A DNA stretch of 64,000 nucleotides. It comes from Actinomycetota bacterium. GTDB lineage: Bacteria > Actinomycetota > Actinomycetes > Nanopelagicales > Nanopelagicaceae. Shown piece by piece: positions 1 to 9,997 of the stretch. Position 1 is the stretch's first letter; each line of letters opens with the position of its first letter. Under the pieces are notes generated by a model. The model was not told the origin of the DNA and did not search any database. It saw only the letters and a list, made by a program, of their open reading frames with translations. The position numbers and the translations under genes are program-made. The stretch spans positions 2,594 through 66,593 of the forward strand of contig CANBRH010000002.1 in NCBI GenBank assembly GCA_947371865.1, read 5' to 3'.

Positions 1-183
1 ATTGATGCGCGTGGCGATGGAGAAATGGGTATTGCGCTTCGATGCGGAGAAATATCATCTGACCGAAAAAACATTCGACTTTTTGCCGGCTGTGGAATTG
101 TTGCCGGTTCTATCCCAGAAGAAGAATTAGCAGAGAGTCAATCTAAATTATTGCCTATGCGAACTGCGCTGGAAACAATCTGA
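1..183 (+). CDS. menF: isochorismate synthase (menaquinone-specific), C-terminal fragment; 5' end outside window
   Basis: Frame +1 is open from the window edge to TGA 181-183 (too short for the ORF track). The translation IDARGDGEMGIALRCGE..RLFAGCGIVAGSIPEEELAESQSKL matches the conserved C-terminus of chorismate-binding MenF/EntC enzymes. It lies beside menD-C-B-E-A. Confidence 0.7.
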   Translation: MDARGDGEMGIALRCGEISSDRKNIRLFAGCGIVAGSIPEEELAESQSKLLPMRTALETI

Positions 184-1724
184 GTTAATTCCTTAAGCTT
201 GGCCGCATTAAAATCCCGATCTGGAACTTCAACAACAACAATGTCAACACCAGGTGACTGGTGCGCGATGATCGACTTTATATCAGAAGATGTCTTAACG
301 CGATCGGCTGGGATTCCAAATCCCCGAACGATGCGTGCAAGATCATTGTTATGGGCTGTTCCGAAAATCGTTTCAAAGCCTTTTGCCTCGGCATGAGGAA
401 GGGTTGAAAATATTCCGCCGCCGTTATTGTCCAAAACGAAAATAGTCAGATTTACTTTTGGAATATTTACAAGTGCCGAAATATCGTGCAAGAAGGTTAG
501 GTCGCCCATGACGGCATAGGCTCGTTCAAATCTTGTCGCAATCCCCAACGCGGTTGAAATATTGCCATCGATGCCTGCAAGTCCACGGTTGGCGAAAACT
601 GAGATTCCGGCCCGTGGTTCTGCAAAAGCTTCAATGTCGCGAATCGGACGAGATGAGCCGATGAAAAGTGCGCTCTCATCTGCCAGGGCGGCGGCAATCG
701 TGCGGACTGCTTCTTGTTCCGACCATGAAACTTCAGAAACGATCGCGGTGTGCGCAATATGGCTGATGCTTTCCCATAATTGCTTCCATGTTGGATCTTC
801 CGTTTGGCTTTGCTGAATTCGCGGCATGGTCAGATAGGCATGGTCGGCCTGGCGCGCGGAATCGACCTCGGCCATTCGCGGATCAATAACCGAGACTTCG
901 CTGGCACCTTGGACATAGGCATTAATGCTGCGAGAGAGAGTAGTGCGACCAATAACCACGATTCTTGCAGGGTGGAGCAGAGCCCGAACCTTTTCGTCCG
1001 CAAGAAAAAGCGCAGAATGAGCGATGGCAGTAGGAAAAGAGAGTGGATCTTCAGCGACGATGGGCCAGTTCAAGTGGTCGGCGAAGTTTTCGATCTCAGC
1101 GACGGAGAAGCCAGCACGATCGTGGCCGATAACCAGAACCCCGCCGGTTCCAAAATCTACGGAGTCGCCTTCAGCCGTTACGGTCTCTTGTGCTCGGGAG
1201 GTGAAGCCTGCCAACCAATCCAAACCATCTTCAACCACCAAAGGTTCAGAGAATTGGACGTTCAGTTGAACCGGTCCATCGGTAAGGGCCTTGGATAGAT
1301 CCATGATTTCAGCGATATCGAAAGATTTAACGTGTGGATAGAGGGCTGCCTGTTCCGTTGTTTGGTTGGCACCTGTCTTTCGCAAGCTCTCTGGTCGATC
1401 GGCAGTTATAAAAATTAATTTGTTGTTGTTATGTAGAGCCTCAAGTGCTGCTGGATGATAATTAGCCGCAGCCGTACCGCTGGTGCAAATCAGGGCCACA
1501 TAGTTATTAGATGCTTTGGAAATTCCCAGACCAAAGAATGCGGCACCACGCTCATCAATTCGTACATGAAGGTCTAATAACCCTCTCTCCGCAGCTTCAT
1601 AAAGTGCCACCGATAACGGCGCATTACGCGAGCCTGGCGAGAGTACGAAATCAGTTACTCCGAGTTCAAGTAATTGCCGAACAATTGATCTGGCTAGATG
1701 AGTTGCTGAAATCACTTCAACCAC
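138..1724 (-). CDS. menD: 2-succinyl-5-enolpyruvyl-6-hydroxy-3-cyclohexene-1-carboxylate (SEPHCHC) synthase
   Basis: 528-aa ORF with GTG start. N-terminal SPGSRNAPL..ERGAAFFGLG..CTSGTAAANY and the ThDP motif GDLTFLHD..NNGGGIF are typical of MenD. Confidence 0.93.
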   Translation of the reverse strand: MVEVISATHLARSIVRQLLELGVTDFVLSPGSRNAPLSVALYEAAERGLLDLHVRIDERGAAFFGLGISKASNNYVALICTSGTAAANYHPAALEALHNNNKLIFITADRPESLRKTGANQTTEQAALYPHVKSFDIAEIMDLSKALTDGPVQLNVQFSEPLVVEDGLDWLAGFTSRAQETVTAEGDSVDFGTGGVLVIGHDRAGFSVAEIENFADHLNWPIVAEDPLSFPTAIAHSALFLADEKVRALLHPARIVVIGRTTLSRSINAYVQGASEVSVIDPRMAEVDSARQADHAYLTMPRIQQSQTEDPTWKQLWESISHIAHTAIVSEVSWSEQEAVRTIAAALADESALFIGSSRPIRDIEAFAEPRAGISVFANRGLAGIDGNISTALGIATRFERAYAVMGDLTFLHDISALVNIPKVNLTIFVLDNNGGGIFSTLPHAEAKGFETIFGTAHNNDLARIVRGFGIPADRVKTSSDIKSIIAHQSPGVDIVVVEVPDRDFNAAKLKELTQIVSSAVRIGNNLD

Positions 1725-2713
1725 CCCAAATCTTTTACTTCCTCGGACAACCCAGAGTTCCAGATTGATGTAATTCTATTTTGCCACCAGTTATGACGCT
1801 CGGGGCTAGCCAAATACTTATGCAGTTGCCCACTCGATGGCGTTGATCTGCCCACTGAAATCACGCCGTTAATTGCAACGACAGGTGGTTCGACCACATC
1901 GTCCATCAAAAGTGAAACCGTGCCCAGTCCGCAGGCGTACTCGGCGCCAGAGAGTGAGGCCGCAAGCGCAGCAGAGTGCGAAATACCAATTCCAGTATCA
2001 AGTGCACTGGAGACGACGGCAGGTAGACCAATACTTTCTATAAGTCCTCGTGCGGCGGCTATCCCCCCAGAAGGTGCCCACTTCACTATCGCAACGTCTG
2101 CTACTTCACGCAGCGCAGCTAAATCTGAACCCAGGTTTTTCCTTATTGATTCATCGACTGCAATTTTGAACGGGATCTCTGCCTTCAGAGCGCGAAGATC
2201 TTCCAGAGCCAAACATGGTTGCTCGACATATTCAAAGACTTTTCCAAAGCGCAAGTGATAATCGTGCAAATTCAAAAGCGCTTGTTGCAACGACCAACCA
2301 CCATTTACGTCGAGTCGGATCTTGGCATCTGGGACTTCCTCTAGAGCCGCTTCCACTAAATAGTGATCGTTTTCGAAATCATCAATCTTTATTTTGATCG
2401 TTGTGCAACCAGGAAAGCGCGCCAATACTTCCGGCACTTTTTCTGCTGAAACTCTGGGCAACGTGGCATTAACTTTTACTTCGCCCCGCAGAAGTCTGGG
2501 CCACTCTTGATACGCCCCTTCAACCGCAGCTTTTAGCCACGTTCTCGCCTCATTGTTGTCATATTCCAGAAATGGTGAAAATTCGCTCCAACCCGCGGGC
2601 CCACGAAAGAGCGCCGCTTCCCGCACATTGATTCCACGGAAATCAGTTCGAGTAGGAATGGCAACTACGATGAAGTCGTTAAAGACTTCCCGGAATTGGG
2701 CTGCCGAACTCAT
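1712..2713 (-). CDS. menC: o-succinylbenzoate synthase (enolase superfamily)
   Basis: 333-aa ORF with an actinobacterial MenC-type N-terminus (AIPTRTDFRGINVREAALFRGPAGWSEFSPF). Enolase-superfamily ligands KIKID, LDVNGGW, EYVEQP and AVDES are present. Its stop overlaps the menD start by 13 nt. Confidence 0.9.
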   Translation of the reverse strand: MSSAAQFREVFNDFIVVAIPTRTDFRGINVREAALFRGPAGWSEFSPFLEYDNNEARTWLKAAVEGAYQEWPRLLRGEVKVNATLPRVSAEKVPEVLARFPGCTTIKIKIDDFENDHYLVEAALEEVPDAKIRLDVNGGWSLQQALLNLHDYHLRFGKVFEYVEQPCLALEDLRALKAEIPFKIAVDESIRKNLGSDLAALREVADVAIVKWAPSGGIAAARGLIESIGLPAVVSSALDTGIGISHSAALAASLSGAEYACGLGTVSLLMDDVVEPPVVAINGVISVGRSTPSSGQLHKYLASPERHNWWQNRITSIWNSGLSEEVKDLGWLK

Positions 2714-2719
2714 CGAGAT

Positions 2720-3598
2720 TTAAGGACGCTTTGGAAACTTGTCGAAGTTTGGCAAACGCTTCTCTTTGTAAGCATCGCGACCTTCTTGCCCTTCTTCCGA
2801 TAAATAGAAGAGCAGAGTGGCATCGCCTGCTAGTTGTTGGACCCCGGCTAGGCCATCGTCTGCAGCATTAAGCCCTGCCTTCAAGAGACGAAGCGCCATA
2901 GGCGAGTGACGCAACATTTCACGGCACCAAGAAACTGTCTCTGCTTCTAACTCTGCAACCGGCACAACGGTATTAACCAGTCCCATATCGAGTGCTTCTT
3001 GCGCATCGTATTGACGGCACAAGAACCAAATTTCGCGCGCTTTCTTCTGTCCAATATGTGCAGCTAATAATCCAGCTCCGTATCCGCCGTCGAATGAGCC
3101 AACCATTGGGCCGGTCTGCCCGAACTTGGCGTTGTCAGCCGCAATGGTTATGTCACAGACAACGTGCAGTACGTGCCCGCCGCCGACGGCCCAACCTGCC
3201 ACCATCGCAACAACAGGCTTTGGTAGACGACGAATTTGGATTTGTAGATCGAGAACGTTGAGACGTCCGATTCCTTTCTTAGCCAAAGCATCAGAACCTA
3301 AGTAACCATCATCGCCGCGCACATTGATATCTCCGCCCGAGCAAAATGCTTCGGTGCCTGCACCGGAAAAAATAACAACGCCTACGCGTTCGTCATCGCG
3401 AGCTAAGGAAAAGGCTTCTTGTAATTCAAAAAGCGTTTGAGGCCGGAAGGCGTTATGAACTTCGGGACGGTTAATAGTTATTTTTGCCATGCCTTCAGCA
3501 ACTAAATAGGTAATGTCGCTAAAAGCTTCGCTACCCTCCCCAACTTGCCAATCAGGAATCGTCCGTGCGCCTGGTTCACGTTTAAACGGCTTGCTCAC
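2720..3598 (-). CDS. menB: 1,4-dihydroxy-2-naphthoyl-CoA synthase
   Basis: Crotonase fold ([26 protein letters not shown]). The 488-aa track ORF is over-extended across menE, so I moved the start to GTG 3598, which is preceded by the SD GGGGGAA (3602-3609). Confidence 0.9.
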   Translation of the reverse strand: MSKPFKREPGARTIPDWQVGEGSEAFSDITYLVAEGMAKITINRPEVHNAFRPQTLFELQEAFSLARDDERVGVVIFSGAGTEAFCSGGDINVRGDDGYLGSDALAKKGIGRLNVLDLQIQIRRLPKPVVAMVAGWAVGGGHVLHVVCDITIAADNAKFGQTGPMVGSFDGGYGAGLLAAHIGQKKAREIWFLCRQYDAQEALDMGLVNTVVPVAELEAETVSWCREMLRHSPMALRLLKAGLNAADDGLAGVQQLAGDATLLFYLSEEGQEGRDAYKEKRLPNFDKFPKRP

Positions 3599-3623
3599 AT
3601 TTCCCCCTTGAAAAAGATATGGA

Positions 3624-3629
3624 TAGCCT
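3624..3629 (+). promoter_or_regulatory. -10-like box TAGCCT before menE
   Basis: TAnnnT hexamer 9 nt before ATG 3639 (3 nt before GTG 3633). Confidence 0.3.
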
Positions 3630-3632
3630 ACG

Positions 3633-4736
3633 GTGACCATGGATATTTCGTCACAACGACCGTTGCTCCACACCCTCGACGAGTGGTCGATCCCGCAGAA
3701 GACTGAAGCCCTTTTCCATGCGATTCGGGATTCTGGACCGGCTCTCGCCTTTGGGCCAGTAGGTCGTGTATTTGTCGATCTTGGCACCGCTCTTGTGCTC
3801 ACGACATCTGGAACCACGGGCATTGCCAAGGAAGTTGCGCTCTCCAGCAAGGCTCTAGTTGCCTCTGCACAAGCGGCCCATAAATACCTAGGTGCAAAGA
3901 GCGGGCAGCGCTGGTCACTCCTTCTCCCCACTACCCACATTGCCGGCATCAATGTTTTGATTCGTTCGATCGAATTAGGAACGACTCCAATCGACAATCG
4001 CACTCGCGATGAATATACAGATGCAGATTTTGTTGCCATAGTCCCAACCCAACTGCACCGAGCGCTTCGTGGCGACGACAAACTTTTGAAACACCTGCAA
4101 AGTGCACAAGCTGTTCTAGTTGGCGGTGCCGCTGCCAGCGATGAACTCGTTTCAGAAGCAAAAGCGCAAGGAATTCGCGTTGTCACTACCTACGGGATGA
4201 CTGAAACTTCTGGTGGATGTATTTACGATGGCCAACCTCTTCCAGGTGTTGAAGTTCGAATAAATGCCGGCGGAGCTATTGAGATCTCTGGCCCCATGCT
4301 GGCAAGCGACTACCTAAATCAGCACGACCTGTGGAGCCAAGTAACGAGTGATGGTTGGTTTACAACCAGCGATCTAGGAGTAGTCGAGAATGGCAAAGTC
4401 CGGGTACTCGGCCGAAATGATGACCAGATCATCTCCGGTGGAATCAAGATCTCATTGAGCACAATCGAAAGCGAACTTCTTAAGACTTTTCCGCAACAAA
4501 GATTCATGGCTTTCTCTTTAGAAGATATCGAATGGGGCGAAATCCTCTGCCTGGCTTCAGATGGGGCGATCGATGAAAAAGAAGTTGGTGATCATCTCGC
4601 CAGCGTCTTTGGTAACTATGCAATCCCAAAAGAGTTTCATCAATTAGCGGAACTTCCCATAAAAGGCATTGGGAAGCCCGATCGAATTAGACTTGTCGAG
4701 TTGGTTATGTCGAAGAAAGATGCGGAGCACAATTAA
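3633..4736 (+). CDS. menE: o-succinylbenzoate-CoA ligase
   Basis: Adenylate-forming enzyme motifs [21 protein letters not shown] and ISGGIKIS. The start is GTG 3633 or ATG 3639. Its stop overlaps the menA ATG (TAATG). Confidence 0.85.
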   Translation: MTMDISSQRPLLHTLDEWSIPQKTEALFHAIRDSGPALAFGPVGRVFVDLGTALVLTTSGTTGIAKEVALSSKALVASAQAAHKYLGAKSGQRWSLLLPTTHIAGINVLIRSIELGTTPIDNRTRDEYTDADFVAIVPTQLHRALRGDDKLLKHLQSAQAVLVGGAAASDELVSEAKAQGIRVVTTYGMTETSGGCIYDGQPLPGVEVRINAGGAIEISGPMLASDYLNQHDLWSQVTSDGWFTTSDLGVVENGKVRVLGRNDDQIISGGIKISLSTIESELLKTFPQQRFMAFSLEDIEWGEILCLASDGAIDEKEVGDHLASVFGNYAIPKEFHQLAELPIKGIGKPDRIRLVELVMSKKDAEHN

Positions 4737-5596
4737 TGAAGAAGTGGCTTCAAGGGGCTAGACCTCGAACCCTGCCTGCTGCGATCGCACCTGTGCTCGT
4801 CGGCACTTCGCTCCACCATTCACATGGCCATTCCATAAATTGGGTCAATGCTTTGCTCGCACTTTCCGTAAGTCTGTTGCTGCAGATCGCCGTTAACTAC
4901 GCCAACGATTACTCCGATGGCGTACGTGGTACCGATGAAGTCCGAGTTGGCCCGGTTCGTCTCGTTGCCAGCGGTTTAGCAACGGCTACTTCCGTCAAAA
5001 AAGCGGCTTATCTAACTTTCACCTTGGCAGCAGTCTTGGGTGTCACCCTCGCGCTACGAACATCGCTCTGGTTAATCGCAGTCGGCGCTGTCGCAATTTT
5101 GGCGGCTTGGACATATACCGGCGGCAGCAAGCCTTATGGCTATCAAGGGTTTGGTGAAATTTCTGTTTTTGTTTTCTTCGGTTTGGTCGCCACGATGGGA
5201 AGTTATTTTGCGCAATCCCAAGAACTCACTTGGGAGAGTTTCCTGGTAGCCATTCCGGTCGGCGCGCTCTCGTGCGCCTTGCTTGCCATAAATAACTTGC
5301 GTGACCTGCCTAAGGATGCACTTGTTGGAAAATTGACCCTGGCAGTTCGATTGGGAGAATCCAAGGCTCGCTATTTCTTCATCAGTCTGCTGGTCATCGC
5401 ACATCTGACCGTTTTGTTAGCAGTAGTCATCTCCCCTTGGGTTTTGGTCAGCATTTTCCTGATTCCGGTGACCATTCAAATCTCTCAGCGAATTCTCGCT
5501 GGCGCCGAAGGGAAAGCGCTCATTCCCTTGCTCGGTAACACCGCCCGCCTGCAATTATTGCTATCCACAACCTTGGCGGTCGCGCTCTTCATCTAA
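4736..5596 (+). CDS. menA: 1,4-dihydroxy-2-naphthoate polyprenyltransferase
   Basis: UbiA-family polytopic membrane protein with the NYANDYSDGVRGTD motif. It lies in men gene context. Confidence 0.9.
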   Translation: MKKWLQGARPRTLPAAIAPVLVGTSLHHSHGHSINWVNALLALSVSLLLQIAVNYANDYSDGVRGTDEVRVGPVRLVASGLATATSVKKAAYLTFTLAAVLGVTLALRTSLWLIAVGAVAILAAWTYTGGSKPYGYQGFGEISVFVFFGLVATMGSYFAQSQELTWESFLVAIPVGALSCALLAINNLRDLPKDALVGKLTLAVRLGESKARYFFISLLVIAHLTVLLAVVISPWVLVSIFLIPVTIQISQRILAGAEGKALIPLLGNTARLQLLLSTTLAVALFI

Positions 5597-5601
5597 GCGG
5601 C

Positions 5602-5607
5602 TAAACT
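5602..5607 (+). promoter_or_regulatory. -10-like box TAAACT before the PLDc_N gene
   Basis: TAnnnT hexamer 7 nt before ATG 5615. Confidence 0.25.
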
Positions 5608-5614
5608 AAACACC

Positions 5615-5869
5615 ATGCGCATTCTTCTCTACGTCATCCCGCTCGCAATAACTCTCTATGCGCTCTTTGATGTCGCCAGCACTCCTCAGGATCAAGTACG
5701 AAATCTGCCTAAGTGGGCTTGGTTGATTATCGTTATTCTCTTTGAACTTCTTGGCGCCATTGGCTGGTTTATTGCAGGCCGCCCCAAGAAAGTTGCCGGT
5801 CCCGGATACCGCAGACCCGGTCGCGTCCTGCCTCCCGATGATGATCCGGATTTTCTTAAGAACCTGTGA
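5615..5869 (+). CDS. PLD nuclease N-terminal domain (PLDc_N) small membrane protein
   Basis: 84 aa with two TM helices. The LPKWAWLIIVILFELLGAIGWFIAGRP signature is typical of PLDc_N proteins common in Actinobacteria. Confidence 0.7.
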   Translation: MRILLYVIPLAITLYALFDVASTPQDQVRNLPKWAWLIIVILFELLGAIGWFIAGRPKKVAGPGYRRPGRVLPPDDDPDFLKNL

Positions 5870-6363
5870 CATCTGACTTTCAAATCCGTCATGCGGTAAG
5901 AATTCTCTTAGTCGATGAATTAAATCGCTTATTTCTATTCAAAATGATGGATCCCGCCAAGCCCAAGGAATTCTTTTGGTGTCCCGTCGGTGGAGGTATT
6001 GAATCGGGAGAATCGGCAGTAAAAGCTGCAAGACGCGAAGTGGCCGAGGAAACGGGAATGCCAGACCTTGACTTAGGTCCACACATTTGGAATCGCCAAG
6101 CAAAGTATTCATTCAACGGGAACAAGGTCAATTCGATCGAAACTTGGTTCTTGGCACGCGTTAAAAACTTTGAGATTGATACCTCAAAATTTTCTGATCT
6201 GGAACGAGAAGTCATTCTCGATCACCGCTGGTGGAGTTCAGAGGAATTGTTAACTACTCAGGACCTGCTGACCCCTCGTAACCTTCCCTCTCTGTTTAGG
6301 GAACTCCTCGTCAATGGTTCGCCAAATGTGCCGATCCAGCTCGAACTCGAAGATCACTTTTGA
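5866..6363 (+). CDS. NUDIX hydrolase
   Basis: Nudix box GGGIESGESAVKAARREVAEETG. The GTG start overlaps the preceding stop (GTGA). Confidence 0.85.
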   Translation: MTSDFQIRHAVRILLVDELNRLFLFKMMDPAKPKEFFWCPVGGGIESGESAVKAARREVAEETGMPDLDLGPHIWNRQAKYSFNGNKVNSIETWFLARVKNFEIDTSKFSDLEREVILDHRWWSSEELLTTQDLLTPRNLPSLFRELLVNGSPNVPIQLELEDHF

Positions 6364-6367
6364 ACTT

Positions 6368-7264
6368 CTACAAACCGGAATACGTGTGGCGCCCAGTTCC
6401 CCAAATATTGACGTAGACATAGTTAAACAAGAAGGTTGATCCAGCGAATAGACAGAGCCAAGCAGCGCGACGTCCGCGCCATCCAATGGTTACGCGCGCA
6501 TGTAAGTAAGCGGCGTATGCCACCCAGGTAATGAAAGCCCAAGTCTCTTTGGGATCCCATCCCCAGTAACGACCCCAGGCGGATTCAGCCCAGATCGCTC
6601 CGGCAATAACGGCAAAGGTCCAGAGTGGAAATACAAAAGCAACCAAGCGATAAGAGAGCTGATCCAGCGCTTCTAAAGTTGGCAGGCGGAGCGCCCAAGT
6701 AGGACGTGGACCTTTCTTTTCGATGTTATCCAGAATTAAATAAGTGCCCGCAACCGCATTTGCGAGTAGGAATACTCCGCCAGAAACAATCGCGGCAGAT
6801 ACGTGAATAGCCAGCCACGTGGATTTAAGCGCAGGTACTAAAGGTGCGCTTGGGCGATACAAAACTGTGACGGCTGTTCCAAGAGTAAGAAGAACTGCGA
6901 AAGAGATGGGTAGACCTAGCCAACGGAGGCGATATCGGATTACTCCAAAAATGTAAGCACCCGTGACAGCAAAGGCACCTGTTATGGAGAACTCATACAT
7001 ATTGCCCCACGGCACGCGCTGGGCAGAGAGTCCACGGAAAAGCACACCACCAAAAAGGAAGAAGAGAGCCAAGAGCATCATGATGGAACCGATGCGGCCA
7101 CTCTTTGTTGTGCGCGTAAAATCAAAATCGGTCTTGTCGTTATCGTCATTGTTCTTCATCGAGAAGGCAACTTCAGTTGCATATGCGAAGAAGGCAATCG
7201 TCACCAACACCATCGCTGAATAGATGGAGTAGTTCGAAAGATATGCGTAACTTCTGGAAGACAA
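6368..7264 (-). CDS. ccsB: c-type cytochrome biogenesis protein CcsB (ResC/CcsA family heme handling)
   Basis: Polytopic membrane protein with the Trp-rich heme motif WGRYWGWDPKETWAF. The TTG start lies 2 nt after the resB stop. Confidence 0.9.
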   Translation of the reverse strand: MSSRSYAYLSNYSIYSAMVLVTIAFFAYATEVAFSMKNNDDNDKTDFDFTRTTKSGRIGSIMMLLALFFLFGGVLFRGLSAQRVPWGNMYEFSITGAFAVTGAYIFGVIRYRLRWLGLPISFAVLLTLGTAVTVLYRPSAPLVPALKSTWLAIHVSAAIVSGGVFLLANAVAGTYLILDNIEKKGPRPTWALRLPTLEALDQLSYRLVAFVFPLWTFAVIAGAIWAESAWGRYWGWDPKETWAFITWVAYAAYLHARVTIGWRGRRAAWLCLFAGSTFLFNYVYVNIWGTGRHTYSGL

Positions 7265-7266
7265 AA

Positions 7267-8724
7267 TTACCCCTTCAATTCTTTGGATAGTTGGTCGATC
7301 TCTTCTTTCAATCCGGTCATGCCATTCTTAGCTAGACCGGCAATTTCGACTGTATCGCCAATCTTGATCCAAATTCTGCGCTGACGTGTGAAGAGCGAGA
7401 TAAGCAGTCCAAGGACTGCCAATATCGCACCCAGCAATGCGTACATTTTCCCAGGATCATCAACAATCTGCAGATTGACCCAAGACTTCACGCCTTCAAA
7501 GGTGATGGTGCCTTCTCCGAAGTTGTAGGTCTGATTTAACCCCAAAGATTTCAGACCGATACGCGTCATCTTCGAGGTATCTATCCGATAAACCGATTGG
7601 GGTATTCCACTATCCAGGCCAAGGTTGCCCGCCCAGACCGAGACCAGCAATCTGGGATCCAGAGCTTCGGGATAGGCCGAAAAGGCACCGCGCTTGGAAT
7701 CACGTGCCGCCGTTGGAACGAAGGTGGCCACAAAGCCAATTTGTGGGGACATATCTGGAACCTTGATGGCGCCAAGTGAGGTCAAGTTGGCATCTTGAGG
7801 CAAGAAGGCAACCGGCCCTTCAAAAACTAATTTTCCACTCTTGTCGTGAATGGCAACTACGGGGGAATAACCATTGGCCTGAAGGTAAATCTTGGTACTG
7901 GCATAAGTAAGAGGCGAATTGACCTTGATGATCTTGGTCTCTTCCTTGGAACCGATGGGGTTTGATGCGCTAACCGTTAACTTGTAATCGGTTGGGGCAT
8001 TCGTCGCAGGATCGTATGTGGCTACAAAATCTGTGACTTTCAGCGAAAATGGAATGAGAGAACCTTCTGATTGGAATTTTCCAAAGGAAAGTGTGTCATA
8101 CGAAGTTGGAGTGTTAATAAATCTTTCACCCACGTTGAGGATCGCTTCCCCTTTTGAACCAAAAAGAGATCCAACTCCGACTGCGACCAGAATTAGAAGC
8201 AATGAAAGGTGAAAGAGAAGATTTCCGGTTTCGCGCAAATAACCCTTTTCGGCTGAGATTGAATTTTCTTCGCGGCGAATCCGAAATCGATTCTTTTTCA
8301 ACCACTTTTCAGATTTATCCAAAGCCACGGCAGGGTTTCCATTGACAGTTGCGTAAAACTCCATGCGATCAAGAAACTTGGGAGTTAACGGTGGTTGTGC
8401 ACCAACCGCCTTCAGATGCGAAAAAGTTCTTGGCAAAACGCAACCGACAAGAGAGATGAAGAGCAAGAGATAGATGGCGCTAAACCAAGGCGAACTGTAA
8501 ACATCAAAAAGTTTGATGGCATCCATCCACTTTGCCAGGCCAGGGTTTTGCGTAAAGAACTCTTGCACCTTCATAGGGTTTTGAGTTCGTTGCGGAAAGA
8601 TAGACCCTGGAATCGCGGCGACACCGAGAAGCAGAAGCAAAATAAGCGCGACGCGCATGCTGGTGAGTTGGCGCCAGATCCAGCGCAGGACCCCGACTGA
8701 ACTTAACTCTGGAATATCTGACAT
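7267..8724 (-). CDS. resB: cytochrome c biogenesis protein ResB (Ccs1)
   Basis: 485 aa with N-terminal TM helices and a large extracytoplasmic domain. It occupies the canonical position between ccdA and ccsB. Confidence 0.88.
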   Translation of the reverse strand: MSDIPELSSVGVLRWIWRQLTSMRVALILLLLLGVAAIPGSIFPQRTQNPMKVQEFFTQNPGLAKWMDAIKLFDVYSSPWFSAIYLLLFISLVGCVLPRTFSHLKAVGAQPPLTPKFLDRMEFYATVNGNPAVALDKSEKWLKKNRFRIRREENSISAEKGYLRETGNLLFHLSLLLILVAVGVGSLFGSKGEAILNVGERFINTPTSYDTLSFGKFQSEGSLIPFSLKVTDFVATYDPATNAPTDYKLTVSASNPIGSKEETKIIKVNSPLTYASTKIYLQANGYSPVVAIHDKSGKLVFEGPVAFLPQDANLTSLGAIKVPDMSPQIGFVATFVPTAARDSKRGAFSAYPEALDPRLLVSVWAGNLGLDSGIPQSVYRIDTSKMTRIGLKSLGLNQTYNFGEGTITFEGVKSWVNLQIVDDPGKMYALLGAILAVLGLLISLFTRQRRIWIKIGDTVEIAGLAKNGMTGLKEEIDQLSKELKG

Positions 8725-9468
8725 TTAAATCACCGGGATAAAGCCAGAGATGAGATCGCGCACTGAATTCATTACGTGGTTCCACATTCCAGTAACCTGC
8801 AAGATGCCGATAATAATAAGGAATATCCCGCCGAACCTGGTGAGCAAATTCCCGTGTTTAGAAATCGCACGGCGCAATCTTTGAGATTGATCAAAGAAAA
8901 TTCCCACCAATACAAATGGGATACCCAGGCCAAGGCAATACGCGACACTGAGAATGGCTCCACGCACTGCGCTAGAACTTTCAAACGAGAGCGCTTGGAC
9001 TGCACCCAAAGTAGGTCCAATACACGGAGTCCAACCGATTCCGAAAAGGAAACCCAAAATAGGGGCTCCGACCAAACCAGCTTTGATCTTCCATGTGGGT
9101 TTAAACGAGCGATAGAAGCGTTGATTGAAGAGAAAAACTACGCCCATTCCAATCGTTAGCGCGCCAAGAATGACCGAAATCCAAGTTGAATGGTTGGAGA
9201 TGGTCGAGCCCAGCCCACCAAAGAGGGCGCCATAGGAAATGAAGAGAACTGAAAATCCCGAGACGAAGAGTATCGATCCGAGAGCGACGCGACCACGTGT
9301 TCTGGTTTCTGTCATACCCGCGGCATAAGAAAGATAGCCAGGTACAAGTGGAATAACACATGGGGAAAAGAAAGAAATCAATCCTGCAAGCGCCGCGACA
9401 AGAATCGCCGCCAAAACGTTTCCATCAAAAATTTGATTGACGAGAAAATCATGCATGTCGGGGATCAC
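8725..9468 (-). CDS. ccdA: cytochrome c biogenesis protein CcdA (DsbD-family thiol-disulfide transporter)
   Basis: Six-TM protein with the conserved Cys motifs FFSPCVIPLVPGYLSY and GWTPCIGP. Confidence 0.9.
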   Translation of the reverse strand: MIPDMHDFLVNQIFDGNVLAAILVAALAGLISFFSPCVIPLVPGYLSYAAGMTETRTRGRVALGSILFVSGFSVLFISYGALFGGLGSTISNHSTWISVILGALTIGMGVVFLFNQRFYRSFKPTWKIKAGLVGAPILGFLFGIGWTPCIGPTLGAVQALSFESSSAVRGAILSVAYCLGLGIPFVLVGIFFDQSQRLRRAISKHGNLLTRFGGIFLIIIGILQVTGMWNHVMNSVRDLISGFIPVI

Positions 9469-9997
9469 CGGAAACTTTGTTGATTAAGTCGGTTAACAAG
9501 CCAACGGTAACTGCGCCACTAATGCGAGCGGCAACATATCCCGAAGAATCTATTATTAACGTGGTTGGAATTGCGTTTGGTGGAAGTGAACCACGAAATG
9601 AGGCAAGTACTGAATCATCTGTGATAGTTGGATATGTCAACTTAAATCGTTCTATAAATGACCGTGCCGCCGTTATGTTGTCACGGGTAAGAACCCCAAT
9701 AAATTGCACTTTGGTAAATTTCTGAGACAACGCTTGAAGAGTTGGTGCTTCTGCCCGACAAGGTGAACACCACGATGCCCATACGTTGAGAACTATGACT
9801 TTATTGCTCGGTGAAGAAAAAGATTCACCAGTGATCGTTGTTCCCGAAATTGTTGGTGCCAATTTTCGATCAGTCGCTTTGATGTAAACGGCGGCGCCAG
9901 AGCCAGAAATAAATTTATTTTGATTGGGAGAGGAGACGCCTCCCCCGCATCCGGATAGAAGTAAAACTCCTATGAGCGGAGCAACTAGTTTCTTCAT
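9449..9997 (-). CDS. TlpA/ResA-family thiol-disulfide oxidoreductase lipoprotein
   Basis: Lipobox LLLSGC and the thioredoxin-fold active site WASWCSPCRAE. An ATGA overlap joins it to the upstream gene. Confidence 0.85.
   Translation of the reverse strand: MKKLVAPLIGVLLLSGCGGGVSSPNQNKFISGSGAAVYIKATDRKLAPTISGTTITGESFSSPSNKVIVLNVWASWCSPCRAEAPTLQALSQKFTKVQFIGVLTRDNITAARSFIERFKLTYPTITDDSVLASFRGSLPPNAIPTTLIIDSSGYVAARISGAVTVGLLTDLINKVSGDPRHA

Noticed and set aside
2720-4186. Over-extended 5' ends of track ORFs: menB to 4186, histidine phosphatase to 10893, nadB to 32449, metZ from 42085, dacB to 45483, GT39 to 54670, protease from 16886.
   Set aside because: The extensions overlap well-supported neighbouring genes and translate to non-homologous junk. 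Internal starts restore canonical N-termini, signal peptides, SDs or -10 boxes. I trimmed them in the feature table instead of reporting overlapping genes.
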